DNA of 26,150 nt from a virus (taxonomy: Duplodnaviria; Caudoviricetes): positions 1-26,150 of the IMG/VR virus record IMGVR_UViG_3300028594_000087. One strand, written 5' to 3'. The notes under the pieces were generated by a model that saw only the letters and a list, made by a program, of their open reading frames with translations, made no database searches and was not told the origin of the DNA. A program made the position numbers and the translations under genes. Of this stretch, positions 8,923-16,212 are shown piece after piece; the first letter of the stretch is position 1, and every line of letters starts with the position of its first letter.

Positions 8923-9843
8923 TTATACTCCAGCATCTACTGCAGGTGTCAGCGCTGCGAAAGCATCTGGCTTAACGTTCATGAATGCTACATGCATTGT
9001 TGCACGTAATGCGAACATATCACGTTCAAACAGTGATACAGGCTGTCCTGATGCATCGTCAGCAGTTAAAGTAGTCAGTGTCGCATCTTCTGATACAGCA
9101 TACTCGATACCTTGTAAGATACCGTAACGTGCATAATCCCAATCTCCGAATAATGCTTGCGCTTGGTCTTTGTCGAATGAAGCGCCTTGTGTGTATGCAA
9201 TTGGTAAACCTAATAACTCGTTAGACTGTCCATCGAATAATGGACGACCGTTTGTGTCAGCTTCTCCACGCATTTTTCCGCGGAATGAACGAGTTGTAAG
9301 AATACCGTTTGGATCGTGGTCATTTTCTTCAATCAGTGAGATAACACCATTTGCATCTTCGTACAAGTTACCTGTATCAGCAATAACGTTGCCTTCCTCT
9401 GTTGCACCAGTGAAGATGGCTTTACCTGATTCACCGTAAGGAGTATCTGTACCAAATAATGCTGCAGCATCAAATTTCTTGTAGAACGTTTCTGCAATTA
9501 ATGGTGCAACTTCGTTAAAGAAGTCTTTCGCAGTGTAGCGTAAGAACTCTTTAGAAAGTGGGATGATGACACCGACCTTCTTAGCTTCCATTTCAGCTTG
9601 TAGGTACTGTGGTTTAGAAGTTTGAATACGTTCAGTTTCAGATACCCAGTAAGCACCTAAACCGTCTGCTAGGTACGTGAAAGTCTTTTTAGGTGCAGTC
9701 ATTTCTTCTGCTTTCGCAAGTTGCATAACCGCTGAACCTCTCATAATGTCTTTAACAACTAAGTTGCCTTGCTCTTGTGGGATAAATCCTGTTTTTGCAT
9801 CCTGTAATAGGACGTTATCAGGTGTGTAATTAGGTACTGCCAT
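8923..9843 (-). CDS. Major capsid protein (HK97 fold)
   Basis: 306 aa; GAYWVSETERIQTSKP, MEAKKVGVIIPLSKEFL and SLFERDMFALRATMH motifs of staphylococcal pac-type capsids. Confidence 0.96.
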   Translation of the reverse strand: MAVPNYTPDNVLLQDAKTGFIPQEQGNLVVKDIMRGSAVMQLAKAEEMTAPKKTFTYLADGLGAYWVSETERIQTSKPQYLQAEMEAKKVGVIIPLSKEFLRYTAKDFFNEVAPLIAETFYKKFDAAALFGTDTPYGESGKAIFTGATEEGNVIADTGNLYEDANGVISLIEENDHDPNGILTTRSFRGKMRGEADTNGRPLFDGQSNELLGLPIAYTQGASFDKDQAQALFGDWDYARYGILQGIEYAVSEDATLTTLTADDASGQPVSLFERDMFALRATMHVAFMNVKPDAFAALTPAVDAGV

Positions 9844-9858
9844 AGTTAATCGTCTCCT

Positions 9859-10443
9859 TTAATATTTATTTCTGATATTGGCTTCTTCAGCCATTTCTTT
9901 GAATGATTGAGTTTTTGGAGCAGTGTGTCCTGCACCATCTTTGACATCTCTTCCATTTTCTTTGAACTTCTGTTCAACTTGCGCTTGTACAGTTGCATCG
10001 AGTTTCTCTTTAAACGTGTCTAAATTAGCACTTGTCGTTTCTTCGTCATCACCGATGAAAAAGTTGACTAAATCAGTTGGCAACGACTTCTCTTGCGCTA
10101 ATTTAATCGCTTTGTTTTCTAGCGATGTACGTTTAGCTTGTTTGTCACGATTCTCTAATTCTTCTTCCAATTTACGGATACGTTTCTGTTCTTCCGTCTC
10201 CTCTGGATTTCTTTTTGCAACTTCCTCATCCACGATAGTTTGTAAGTTGTTGTCTTTCCAAGTTTGTAGAGACTTTGCGTGATAACGATCTAAAATCGGT
10301 TGGAGAATTTTCTTGCCTTCGTCTGTATCTAAATAACTTCTTACGTCATCATCTGATACCGTCTTGAATTCATTTATTACAGACTGAACATCTGAGTTAC
10401 CTTTGTTATCTTCTAAATACTGTCTAACTTCCTGTAAATCCAT
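9859..10443 (-). CDS. Capsid scaffolding protein (DUF4355-like)
   Basis: Acidic coiled coil directly upstream of capsid gene; WKDNNL and RNPEETEEQKRI motifs. Confidence 0.9.
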   Translation of the reverse strand: MDLQEVRQYLEDNKGNSDVQSVINEFKTVSDDDVRSYLDTDEGKKILQPILDRYHAKSLQTWKDNNLQTIVDEEVAKRNPEETEEQKRIRKLEEELENRDKQAKRTSLENKAIKLAQEKSLPTDLVNFFIGDDEETTSANLDTFKEKLDATVQAQVEQKFKENGRDVKDGAGHTAPKTQSFKEMAEEANIRNKY

Positions 10444-10460
10444 AATGATTTACTCCTTTC

Positions 10461-10678
10461 AACCACCATGTACGTATAGTCCATAGTGTTTGCATAAATT
10501 TACGTAAAGATACGCATTAAAAATAGACCTTTTAACGTCTTGTCTAGGACGAGCTGTAGTTACAGCTATTAAGATACTGGCATTGCTGATGAGTTATTGT
10601 TCGTCATCATAGCCCAGACCACCTCCTTAATGAGTTTTAGTGCTTGTATTAATAAAGCATCACTCCCTTCAGTGGTCT
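10461..10678 (-). ncRNA. Candidate structured cis-regulatory RNA upstream of scaffold-capsid genes (several hairpins and an H-type pseudoknot)
   Basis: Stems AGACCAC/GTGGTCT, TGCTT/AAGCA, TGATGA/TCATCA, AGCTGTA/TACAGCT, CGTC/GACG crossed with TAGAC/GTCTA, and CACTATG/CATGGTG, all within about 220 nt. Confidence 0.5.
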
Positions 10679-10841
10679 ATTTATCCTTTGTTTCATTCCA
10701 TTTCTGTAAATCTTCTCGTTGCTTTTCGCCGATTTTCATATTAATCATAGGATTACGTCTATTAATCTTCTTCAACTCTTTAGCAATCTCAGCAGTATTC
10801 CTTGCTATCTCTTTTAAGTATTGTTCACTTCTATCTTTCAT
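10677..10841 (-). CDS. Small 54-aa hypothetical protein (not in ORF track)
   Basis: RBS AGGAGTGG, TAATG coupling; MKDRSEQYLKEIARNTAEIAKELKKIN... resembles the small gene between minor head and scaffold in staphylococcal phages. Confidence 0.8.
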   Translation of the reverse strand: MKDRSEQYLKEIARNTAEIAKELKKINRRNPMINMKIGEKQREDLQKWNETKDK

Positions 10842-10939
10842 TACTGACCACTCCTAACGATAATCAACGTACCGTCAAACGGATTTCTAATAACATAATC
10901 ACCATTCGATAACTGCTTAGGTTCTACATCAATAATCAT
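10841..10939 (-). CDS. Small 32-aa hypothetical protein (not in ORF track)
   Basis: MIIDVEPKQLSNGDYVIRNPFDGTLIIVRSGQ; overlaps upstream stop and is coupled TAATG to the next gene. Confidence 0.6.
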   Translation of the reverse strand: MIIDVEPKQLSNGDYVIRNPFDGTLIIVRSGQ

Positions 10940-11099
10940 CTACATCACTCGCAATCCTTATGAGAATAATTAGATTAATCGCTATAAAAATAAGCAACAT
11001 ACCTTGAAAGTAGTTGCCTTGAATCATTACATTAATTGCAGATATTAAACTAAGAATTGCCATGAGCAGTAATAGAACCGTCGCTTCATTCCACACCAT
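10929..11099 (-). CDS. Small two-helix membrane protein (56 aa)
   Basis: GGAG RBS before ATG 11099; two hydrophobic stretches separated by QGNYFQG. Confidence 0.7.
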   Translation of the reverse strand: MVWNEATVLLLLMAILSLISAINVMIQGNYFQGMLLIFIAINLIILIRIASDVDDY

Positions 11100-12015
11100 G
11101 TGATTTACTCCATTCTTCGTATGAAATGTAATCAATCAATGATGTGCTACCATCTTCATTCCTTGCACGTCTGACTGATGGCATCCGCCCATTCACTTTG
11201 AATAACTTCTTACACCTGCAATTAATATTCTGTTTTGCACTATCCACACCGACTAACAGACCAGGTGCTTTACCTGTAGAAAATCCAACTTTAAAATTAC
11301 CATTTTCATCTTCTGTTTTACCGTCCATTTTACGATGTGAGGTTCTTGTTCTCATATCGAGTGTTGCATCCCAATAACCTTGTAACCTAGCACCATTATC
11401 TTTAGCGACTTGCGCAGCATCTTCGGTGGACTGACTGAGTGAGCGATGTCCTTCTGTTCTAGCGACAAGACGAGCTTGTCTAATACTTAAACCAACGTCT
11501 TGATTAATGGATTGTGCAATTTGATTGTAACCATTGCCTGCAAGTATACCTTGTGCAATGTGTCCTCTTATTTGGTCTAGCACACGTTTTCTGTGTCTTT
11601 CAAAAGTAGGTGCAAGCTTAATTAATTCAATCGGCTGTTGTAGTGCATCTTGTATTACTTTGGCACTTGGTGCAGTAAAGCTCATCTGTATACCTGATGT
11701 CTGCTCGTACATGTATAAACTTCGCATGTAGTTATTCAAGTAGACTGCGGTTTGACTGTAGATGATTAAGTTGATGATTTCTGAGTAATCGCCTTGTAGT
11801 AATTCTTCGATGCGTTCCATTTCTTTTTTGAATCGATTGTATTTATTAAACTCAGTCCATGTGACGTGTGGATCATCCGTTTGGTACTTCGCTAACATCT
11901 CTGCCATTGTTTGTTTAATATACTTCAAACGCCTAGCGAGAATTTTTTCTGTTTCTCGTTCAGCTTGTGCGATGAGACTATCAATCTTCTTGTCTATCTG
12001 TTCCTGTGTCATCAT
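11086..12015 (-). CDS. Minor head protein (SPP1 gp7 / Mu F family)
   Basis: ARLVARTE, WDATLDMRTRTSHRKMDG and INCRC motifs. Confidence 0.93.
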   Translation of the reverse strand: MMTQEQIDKKIDSLIAQAERETEKILARRLKYIKQTMAEMLAKYQTDDPHVTWTEFNKYNRFKKEMERIEELLQGDYSEIINLIIYSQTAVYLNNYMRSLYMYEQTSGIQMSFTAPSAKVIQDALQQPIELIKLAPTFERHRKRVLDQIRGHIAQGILAGNGYNQIAQSINQDVGLSIRQARLVARTEGHRSLSQSTEDAAQVAKDNGARLQGYWDATLDMRTRTSHRKMDGKTEDENGNFKVGFSTGKAPGLLVGVDSAKQNINCRCKKLFKVNGRMPSVRRARNEDGSTSLIDYISYEEWSKSHGVE

Positions 12016-13360
12016 TGCCAGTCACCACCAGCTCATCATTCATTTTTTCGATTTCGTTTTCTGCATCTTCAATCAAGTTAGATAAATCATAACGAGAAGA
12101 GTCTGAAATTTGACCGTTTAACGTACTTAATACTTGCGCTTCTTCTAACTTATTGACTGGAATGTTACGTTTCCACTTGAAACTCACGTTTAAATAGTCT
12201 AAATCTCCACCAGAACGCTTACTTTTACGTTTCCATATGCTATACAACACTTTAAATTGATAACGCAGTGCGGCGGTCATTTTACGTTCAAACGTGATGC
12301 ATTTATTTTCTAAAGCCATGAGCTTTAAGTGCATACCAATCACAGGTACGTTCCCGTTAAACTCATCACTGTTAAAGTTGACTGATTTAGCAAATCGCAT
12401 GATGTTTTTTTCTAGTCTGTCTAGATGATTCTCAATCATGGTGTCATTCACATCTTTAGTTAGGTACTTCACATCCTGCTTTTCATCGTACAGTTCAAAT
12501 GCACCAGATTCTTGCAAGTCTTGAATTTCATCTGAATCCATACCCAATCCACGTAACACCAGGTATGCTAATCGTGTTTGACTAATTTCAGATGATGCAT
12601 CAGATAGTGTTCTATCGTAGCCATCTATTAGAGACAACACTCTTTCAGTATCTCCGATTAATTCTTCGTTGTTCGGTACACCGAACAATGGATTGTAATC
12701 AGATAAATGAGATTTTTTTCCTTTAAAGTGCATACTACGTTCTCCACCAACATAGGTGTGATAGTGTGATTTGTCATAAAAATCTGCATGCCACGTTTCT
12801 TTCTTAGTCGCCTCATCTACAACGGGGTAGTAATGCAAGCTATATTCAGGCTCTGACATATCTTCGCCTAAGAACATTACATTATACGGTTTAAGGTTCT
12901 TAATACGCTCATTGCCTTCTTTGTCGATGTAGATAATCCTTGCAGCATAGCCACATATCGCAGCCATCTTTCCAAGCTCAGAATCTTTATCAGGTACGTT
13001 GTTCATCAAGCTAAACTGTTGAATAAGTTTCGTTTCTTCATCATCTTCATCACGATAGACAATCGGCACACCATGCATGTAACCAACTCTTGTATCTACA
13101 ATTTCCACATCAAACGCATTGTTAAGTTTGTTATTAACGAATTGGTCAATACGTTTCACATTTCCACCAGTTTCAAAATCCTCATACTGCTTAACAGGGT
13201 CGTGCCTAAAAACAGGAATTGCATCTTGTTTAGCTTGATAGCGTTCGTACAAGTTAAACATTCGCCTACGATTATCTTTATTTAGCTCAATCATCTGTTC
13301 TATATGTTTTGGCTGTACACCATTTTTTTTAATATCTTCAATCAGATCTGGTACGTTCAT
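11981..13360 (-). CDS. Portal protein (SPP1 gp6-like)
   Basis: 459 aa after terL; NNKLNNAFDVEIVDTRVGY, LIDGYDRTLSD and KYLTKDVN motifs. Confidence 0.95.
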   Translation of the reverse strand: MNVPDLIEDIKKNGVQPKHIEQMIELNKDNRRRMFNLYERYQAKQDAIPVFRHDPVKQYEDFETGGNVKRIDQFVNNKLNNAFDVEIVDTRVGYMHGVPIVYRDEDDEETKLIQQFSLMNNVPDKDSELGKMAAICGYAARIIYIDKEGNERIKNLKPYNVMFLGEDMSEPEYSLHYYPVVDEATKKETWHADFYDKSHYHTYVGGERSMHFKGKKSHLSDYNPLFGVPNNEELIGDTERVLSLIDGYDRTLSDASSEISQTRLAYLVLRGLGMDSDEIQDLQESGAFELYDEKQDVKYLTKDVNDTMIENHLDRLEKNIMRFAKSVNFNSDEFNGNVPVIGMHLKLMALENKCITFERKMTAALRYQFKVLYSIWKRKSKRSGGDLDYLNVSFKWKRNIPVNKLEEAQVLSTLNGQISDSSRYDLSNLIEDAENEIEKMNDELVVTGNDDTGTDRQED

Positions 13361-14608
13361 CTAGGCACCTCGTTTCATTTTATCTTTCTTACGTATACGT
13401 TCCATGCTGTAGCGTAACGCATCTAGAAAGTGGTTATATTCATCAATTGGTTTATTAATTGGCTCATCGTACTTGTTGGTGTCCCACACATAGTTTGATA
13501 GCTCATTGATTGCATTTACACATCTAGGATGTACAAATATGGTGTACTGCTGAATGTACTGAATGCCATTTTTAATACTGTCAGGACCTTTTTCAGCACG
13601 TGCAACCTTACGTAAACCGTACCGTCTTAAATCAACTATTGATTTAGGCTCTGCACTGTCTGCGATAATCAATTCCTTGCCATAACCTTTGTCAATTACT
13701 CGTTGAGCAATCTCATCGTTCAGTAATGCTTTTTCGTATAACTCATCAAAGATGTATAACTCTCTATTCGGTATATCTACTAAAGCACAACTTAGCGATG
13801 TCGGGTCGTTCGTAAATCCGAAGTCCATTCCAAAAGCAGATACAACGCCTGGTCGCTTACTGATTTCGTTAGTATCGAATAAGCGTTCATGCCAGTTTTC
13901 GTATATGCCACCTTCGGCAATTCCCCATTCTCCTAATCCTTCAATTTTGTATCGTCTAGGTGATTTTATTTTCATTTCTTCAAACAACGATATATCTGCA
14001 TCATCCAAGAATTCATTACATAAATAGTTTGTTGTCTTAGTAAATACATTCGGACTGTCTGATTTAAAGAATCGCTTATTTAACCAATGCTTTTCACTCC
14101 ACGGGTTAAACGTCAAAGTAATTTGTTTGAACAATCCGCCTGTATCACCACGGATTGACATATCTATCTTGTTGAAGTCATCCTCTTTTCTGACTTGGAA
14201 CGCTTCTTCAAACCAAGCCCAACATAGATAACCATGTTCAACCGTCGCTGATGTCACACTCATTGGATCATCAAGCCCACGGAATAATATCTTCTGACCT
14301 GTAGAACGTCTTACAACTTCCATAGGAGAGACCTTCCAATCGAACTCATCATACACATGTAATTGCCGTGCAGCCCACTTTAACTGCGAGTAGGTACTAT
14401 CCTTATGGTCTTTAAATACTTGTCTTATCACTAGTAGGTTCGCTTTCGGATACCTTATCATCCTGTACATAAAATTAAGAGCGGTTGTAGTAGACTTTTT
14501 GCTACCACGACCGCCCTTTAATACTCTATATCTATGCTCACTATTCCAAAAATCCCTATAGCCCTCTCCAACTACTTCTGATATTCGAACACTATTTGTA
14601 GTCGTCAT
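13361..14608 (-). CDS. terL: Terminase large subunit, PBSX family
   Basis: Walker A KGGRGSKKS, WFEEA, TFNP, nuclease GMDFGFTNDP, ADSAEPKSI and NHFLDALRY. Confidence 0.97.
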   Translation of the reverse strand: MTTTNSVRISEVVGEGYRDFWNSEHRYRVLKGGRGSKKSTTTALNFMYRMIRYPKANLLVIRQVFKDHKDSTYSQLKWAARQLHVYDEFDWKVSPMEVVRRSTGQKILFRGLDDPMSVTSATVEHGYLCWAWFEEAFQVRKEDDFNKIDMSIRGDTGGLFKQITLTFNPWSEKHWLNKRFFKSDSPNVFTKTTNYLCNEFLDDADISLFEEMKIKSPRRYKIEGLGEWGIAEGGIYENWHERLFDTNEISKRPGVVSAFGMDFGFTNDPTSLSCALVDIPNRELYIFDELYEKALLNDEIAQRVIDKGYGKELIIADSAEPKSIVDLRRYGLRKVARAEKGPDSIKNGIQYIQQYTIFVHPRCVNAINELSNYVWDTNKYDEPINKPIDEYNHFLDALRYSMERIRKKDKMKRGA

Positions 14609-15011
14609 ATATATTCACACCACCAGAATGTTCAATCGACTGTTCTATCTTATCTCTGTACTTGTGAGGTAATCTATTCTTCAATGCAAAGATGAGGGAT
14701 GTCGGATTGGCGTGCTCATATTTCCTCACAGTTACAATCTCGCCTTGGTTAGTTACAGTTTCTTCTTCGTAGTAGTAACCAGTTGCTCTCTTATGCAAAG
14801 CGTTCTCTAATTGATAGTCAGAAACCTCTTTACCCTTTTTTATGGCTGCCGAAAATGCCGGGTACTTATCTCTCCATGTTCTCATCGTCGAATAAGCAAC
14901 ACCTAAATTTTTAGCAATCTGCTCATCAGTTAGTCCATCACGTTTCCATCCTTCAACCAGATCTAACTTATCGTCAATCTCCATTTTTTCGTAATAACTT
15001 TTCCTAGCCAA
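14592..15011 (-). CDS. terS: Terminase small subunit
   Basis: HTH GLTDEQIAKNLGVAYSTMRTW, ENALHKRATGY and FALKNRLPHKYRDK; probable TTG start at 15011 after AGGAGGTG. Confidence 0.92.
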   Translation of the reverse strand: MARKSYYEKMEIDDKLDLVEGWKRDGLTDEQIAKNLGVAYSTMRTWRDKYPAFSAAIKKGKEVSDYQLENALHKRATGYYYEEETVTNQGEIVTVRKYEHANPTSLIFALKNRLPHKYRDKIEQSIEHSGGVNIYDDYK

Positions 15012-15046
15012 TCTCATCACCTCCTTGCAATATGTTTTATTTATTC

Positions 15047-15102
15047 AAAACCAACGGCAACCTAAAAAATATGAGTGAAGTGAGAGGTTACTCGTTGGTT
15101 TT
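15047..15102 (-). other. Long hairpin with 21-nt pyrimidine-rich loop upstream of terS
   Basis: AAAACCAACG-A-GTAACCT / AGGTTGC-CGTTGGTTTT; the G-U pair favours the minus strand. Confidence 0.7.
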
Positions 15103-15110
15103 CAACAAAC

Positions 15111-15135
15111 AAAAAAGACACCTTAATTGGTGTCT
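15111..15135 (-). terminator. Intrinsic terminator after moron gene
   Basis: AGACACC-AATTAA-GGTGTCT followed by TTTTTGTTT, 8 nt after the stop at 15144. Confidence 0.85.
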
Positions 15136-15143
15136 GAGTAATG

Positions 15144-15569
15144 TTATAGCTTTATAAAATGTTTTAAATTCTCTTTATGCATAGATTTCTCTTTCTTTAT
15201 TATCAATGTTTTCCCATTCGCATCTAAGTAAGTAACTTTATTTGGATGAGCTTCATATGGATCCCTTTCAAATGATACCTCAGATTTCATAGGCTTCTCA
15301 TAATAATTACAGTTCAACTCTTCACCTTTATTTATAACTTCAACGAATGATTCATTTTCGACTTTAATTACAGCTCTGTCATCTTCTAAGAAAATAGCTT
15401 TTGCTTTATCGATATTTATATATTCTTGATTCAGCAAAGAATGTAGATCATCTGAAATATCAGCTTTGTCTAAGTGATAATCTATGTTCTTACTTTCTAC
15501 TTTTTTTCCGCAACTAATATTAAATAATCCTAACAACTTTTGCCAATTACTGATAGATTTATCTTCCAT
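15144..15569 (-). CDS. Hypothetical 141-aa protein, moron-like
   Basis: RBS AAAGGGAG before ATG 15569; AT-rich; has its own promoter and terminator; no recognisable motif. Confidence 0.8.
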   Translation of the reverse strand: MEDKSISNWQKLLGLFNISCGKKVESKNIDYHLDKADISDDLHSLLNQEYINIDKAKAIFLEDDRAVIKVENESFVEVINKGEELNCNYYEKPMKSEVSFERDPYEAHPNKVTYLDANGKTLIIKKEKSMHKENLKHFIKL

Positions 15570-15598
15570 TTTTAACACTCCCTTTATTTGATACATCC

Positions 15599-15607
15599 AA
15601 TATACCA
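15599..15607 (-). promoter_or_regulatory. Extended -10 promoter for the moron
   Basis: TG-G-TATATT about 30 nt upstream of the ATG. Confidence 0.6.
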
Positions 15608-15631
15608 AATAAACCGCCCTTTCGGACGGTT
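15606..15631 (-). terminator. Terminator-like hairpin
   Basis: AACCGTCC-GAAA-GGGCGGTT followed by TATTT (imperfect U tract). Confidence 0.65.
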
Positions 15632-15646
15632 CTAATCAAATATATG

Positions 15647-15709
15647 AGGGAGGACTCATGGCGTGAGTCGTTGGATGTGACGAGATTTAAACCTCACCGC
15701 ATCCTCCCT
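15647..15709 (-). ncRNA. Candidate three-way-junction leader/small RNA directly downstream of the late promoter
   Basis: AGGGAGGA/TCCTCCCT closing stem with inner hairpins GGATGCGGTGAG/CTCGTCACATCC and GACTCA/TGAGTC. Confidence 0.55.
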
Positions 15710-15712
15710 TCC

Positions 15713-15760
15713 ATTGTACAATACGTTCTCTCAAACCAGGTAACTTATCAAATTTATCAA
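15713..15760 (-). promoter_or_regulatory. Putative RinA-activated late promoter
   Basis: Direct repeat TTGATAAAT-TTGATAAGT (15743-15760) just after the rinA stop, -10 TACAAT (15713-15718), no consensus -35. Confidence 0.7.
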
Positions 15761-15779
15761 GTAGTTTCTGTGGATAACT

Positions 15780-16205
15780 CTAATCTTTTAGTATTTCTGC
15801 TATCTCTAATTGAATCTGATGTACTCGTTGTGGTGTGCATTGTAGTATTTTGCTGATGTGTTCATAAGTATATCCTTTTAATCTATAGTGGAATACCAAA
15901 CCAAGTTTTTCGTCTGAACGTTCAATAATTCTATCCCAGCGATTCTGAATATATAGAACCTTGTTCTGTATCCGATCAATACGTTTATCTCTTTTGATTT
16001 GTCGGTTCACTTTTCTAAAGACAGGGTCACTGTTTCCTCCAACTGCTTTCGGCATTGCTGCTTCAAGTCCATACATAGCGATATTGCCGCCAAGTATTTC
16101 ATCATAGTATTCCTTATTGAGTTCTATTAAATGTTTGAGGTTTGAATGATAATTATTAATCAATTCCATAATCTTTTCGGTCGTATATTTAGTCGCATAA
16201 CTCAT
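15780..16205 (-). CDS. rinA: RinA/ArpU-type late transcription activator
   Basis: Last early gene before the packaging module; IAMYGLEAAMPKAVGGNSDPV motif and C-terminal sigma-4-like HTH (GYTYEHISKILQCTPQRVHQI). Confidence 0.8.
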   Translation of the reverse strand: MSYATKYTTEKIMELINNYHSNLKHLIELNKEYYDEILGGNIAMYGLEAAMPKAVGGNSDPVFRKVNRQIKRDKRIDRIQNKVLYIQNRWDRIIERSDEKLGLVFHYRLKGYTYEHISKILQCTPQRVHQIQLEIAEILKD

Positions 16206-16212
16206 AAATCAT

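Noticed and set aside
10575-10620. CTGATGAG on the plus strand resembling a hammerhead ribozyme core
   Set aside because: The required GAAA after stem II is absent (CGTCA instead), and the segment is better explained as the TGATGA/TCATCA stem
11086-14608. Introns, inteins or homing endonucleases in terL, portal or minor head; DGR elements
   Set aside because: Proteins are uninterrupted and of normal length; no reverse transcriptase or template/variable repeat pair is visible in the window
14847-14860. TGCCG-AAAA-TGCCG repeat in terS as pac site
   Set aside because: Headful packaging from terS is plausible, but a 5-bp repeat is too weak to call
15646-15666. Plus-strand minigene GGGAGG-ACTC-ATG GCG TGA
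   Set aside because: SD spacing is only 4 nt, the ORF is buried in a hairpin and no plus-strand promoter is evident
15647-15713. tRNA gene (T-loop-like hairpin; TCCA on both strands)
   Set aside because: No D-arm or anticodon arm in the correct order, and the loop is TTTAAAT rather than TTCRA; kept only as a structured RNA candidate
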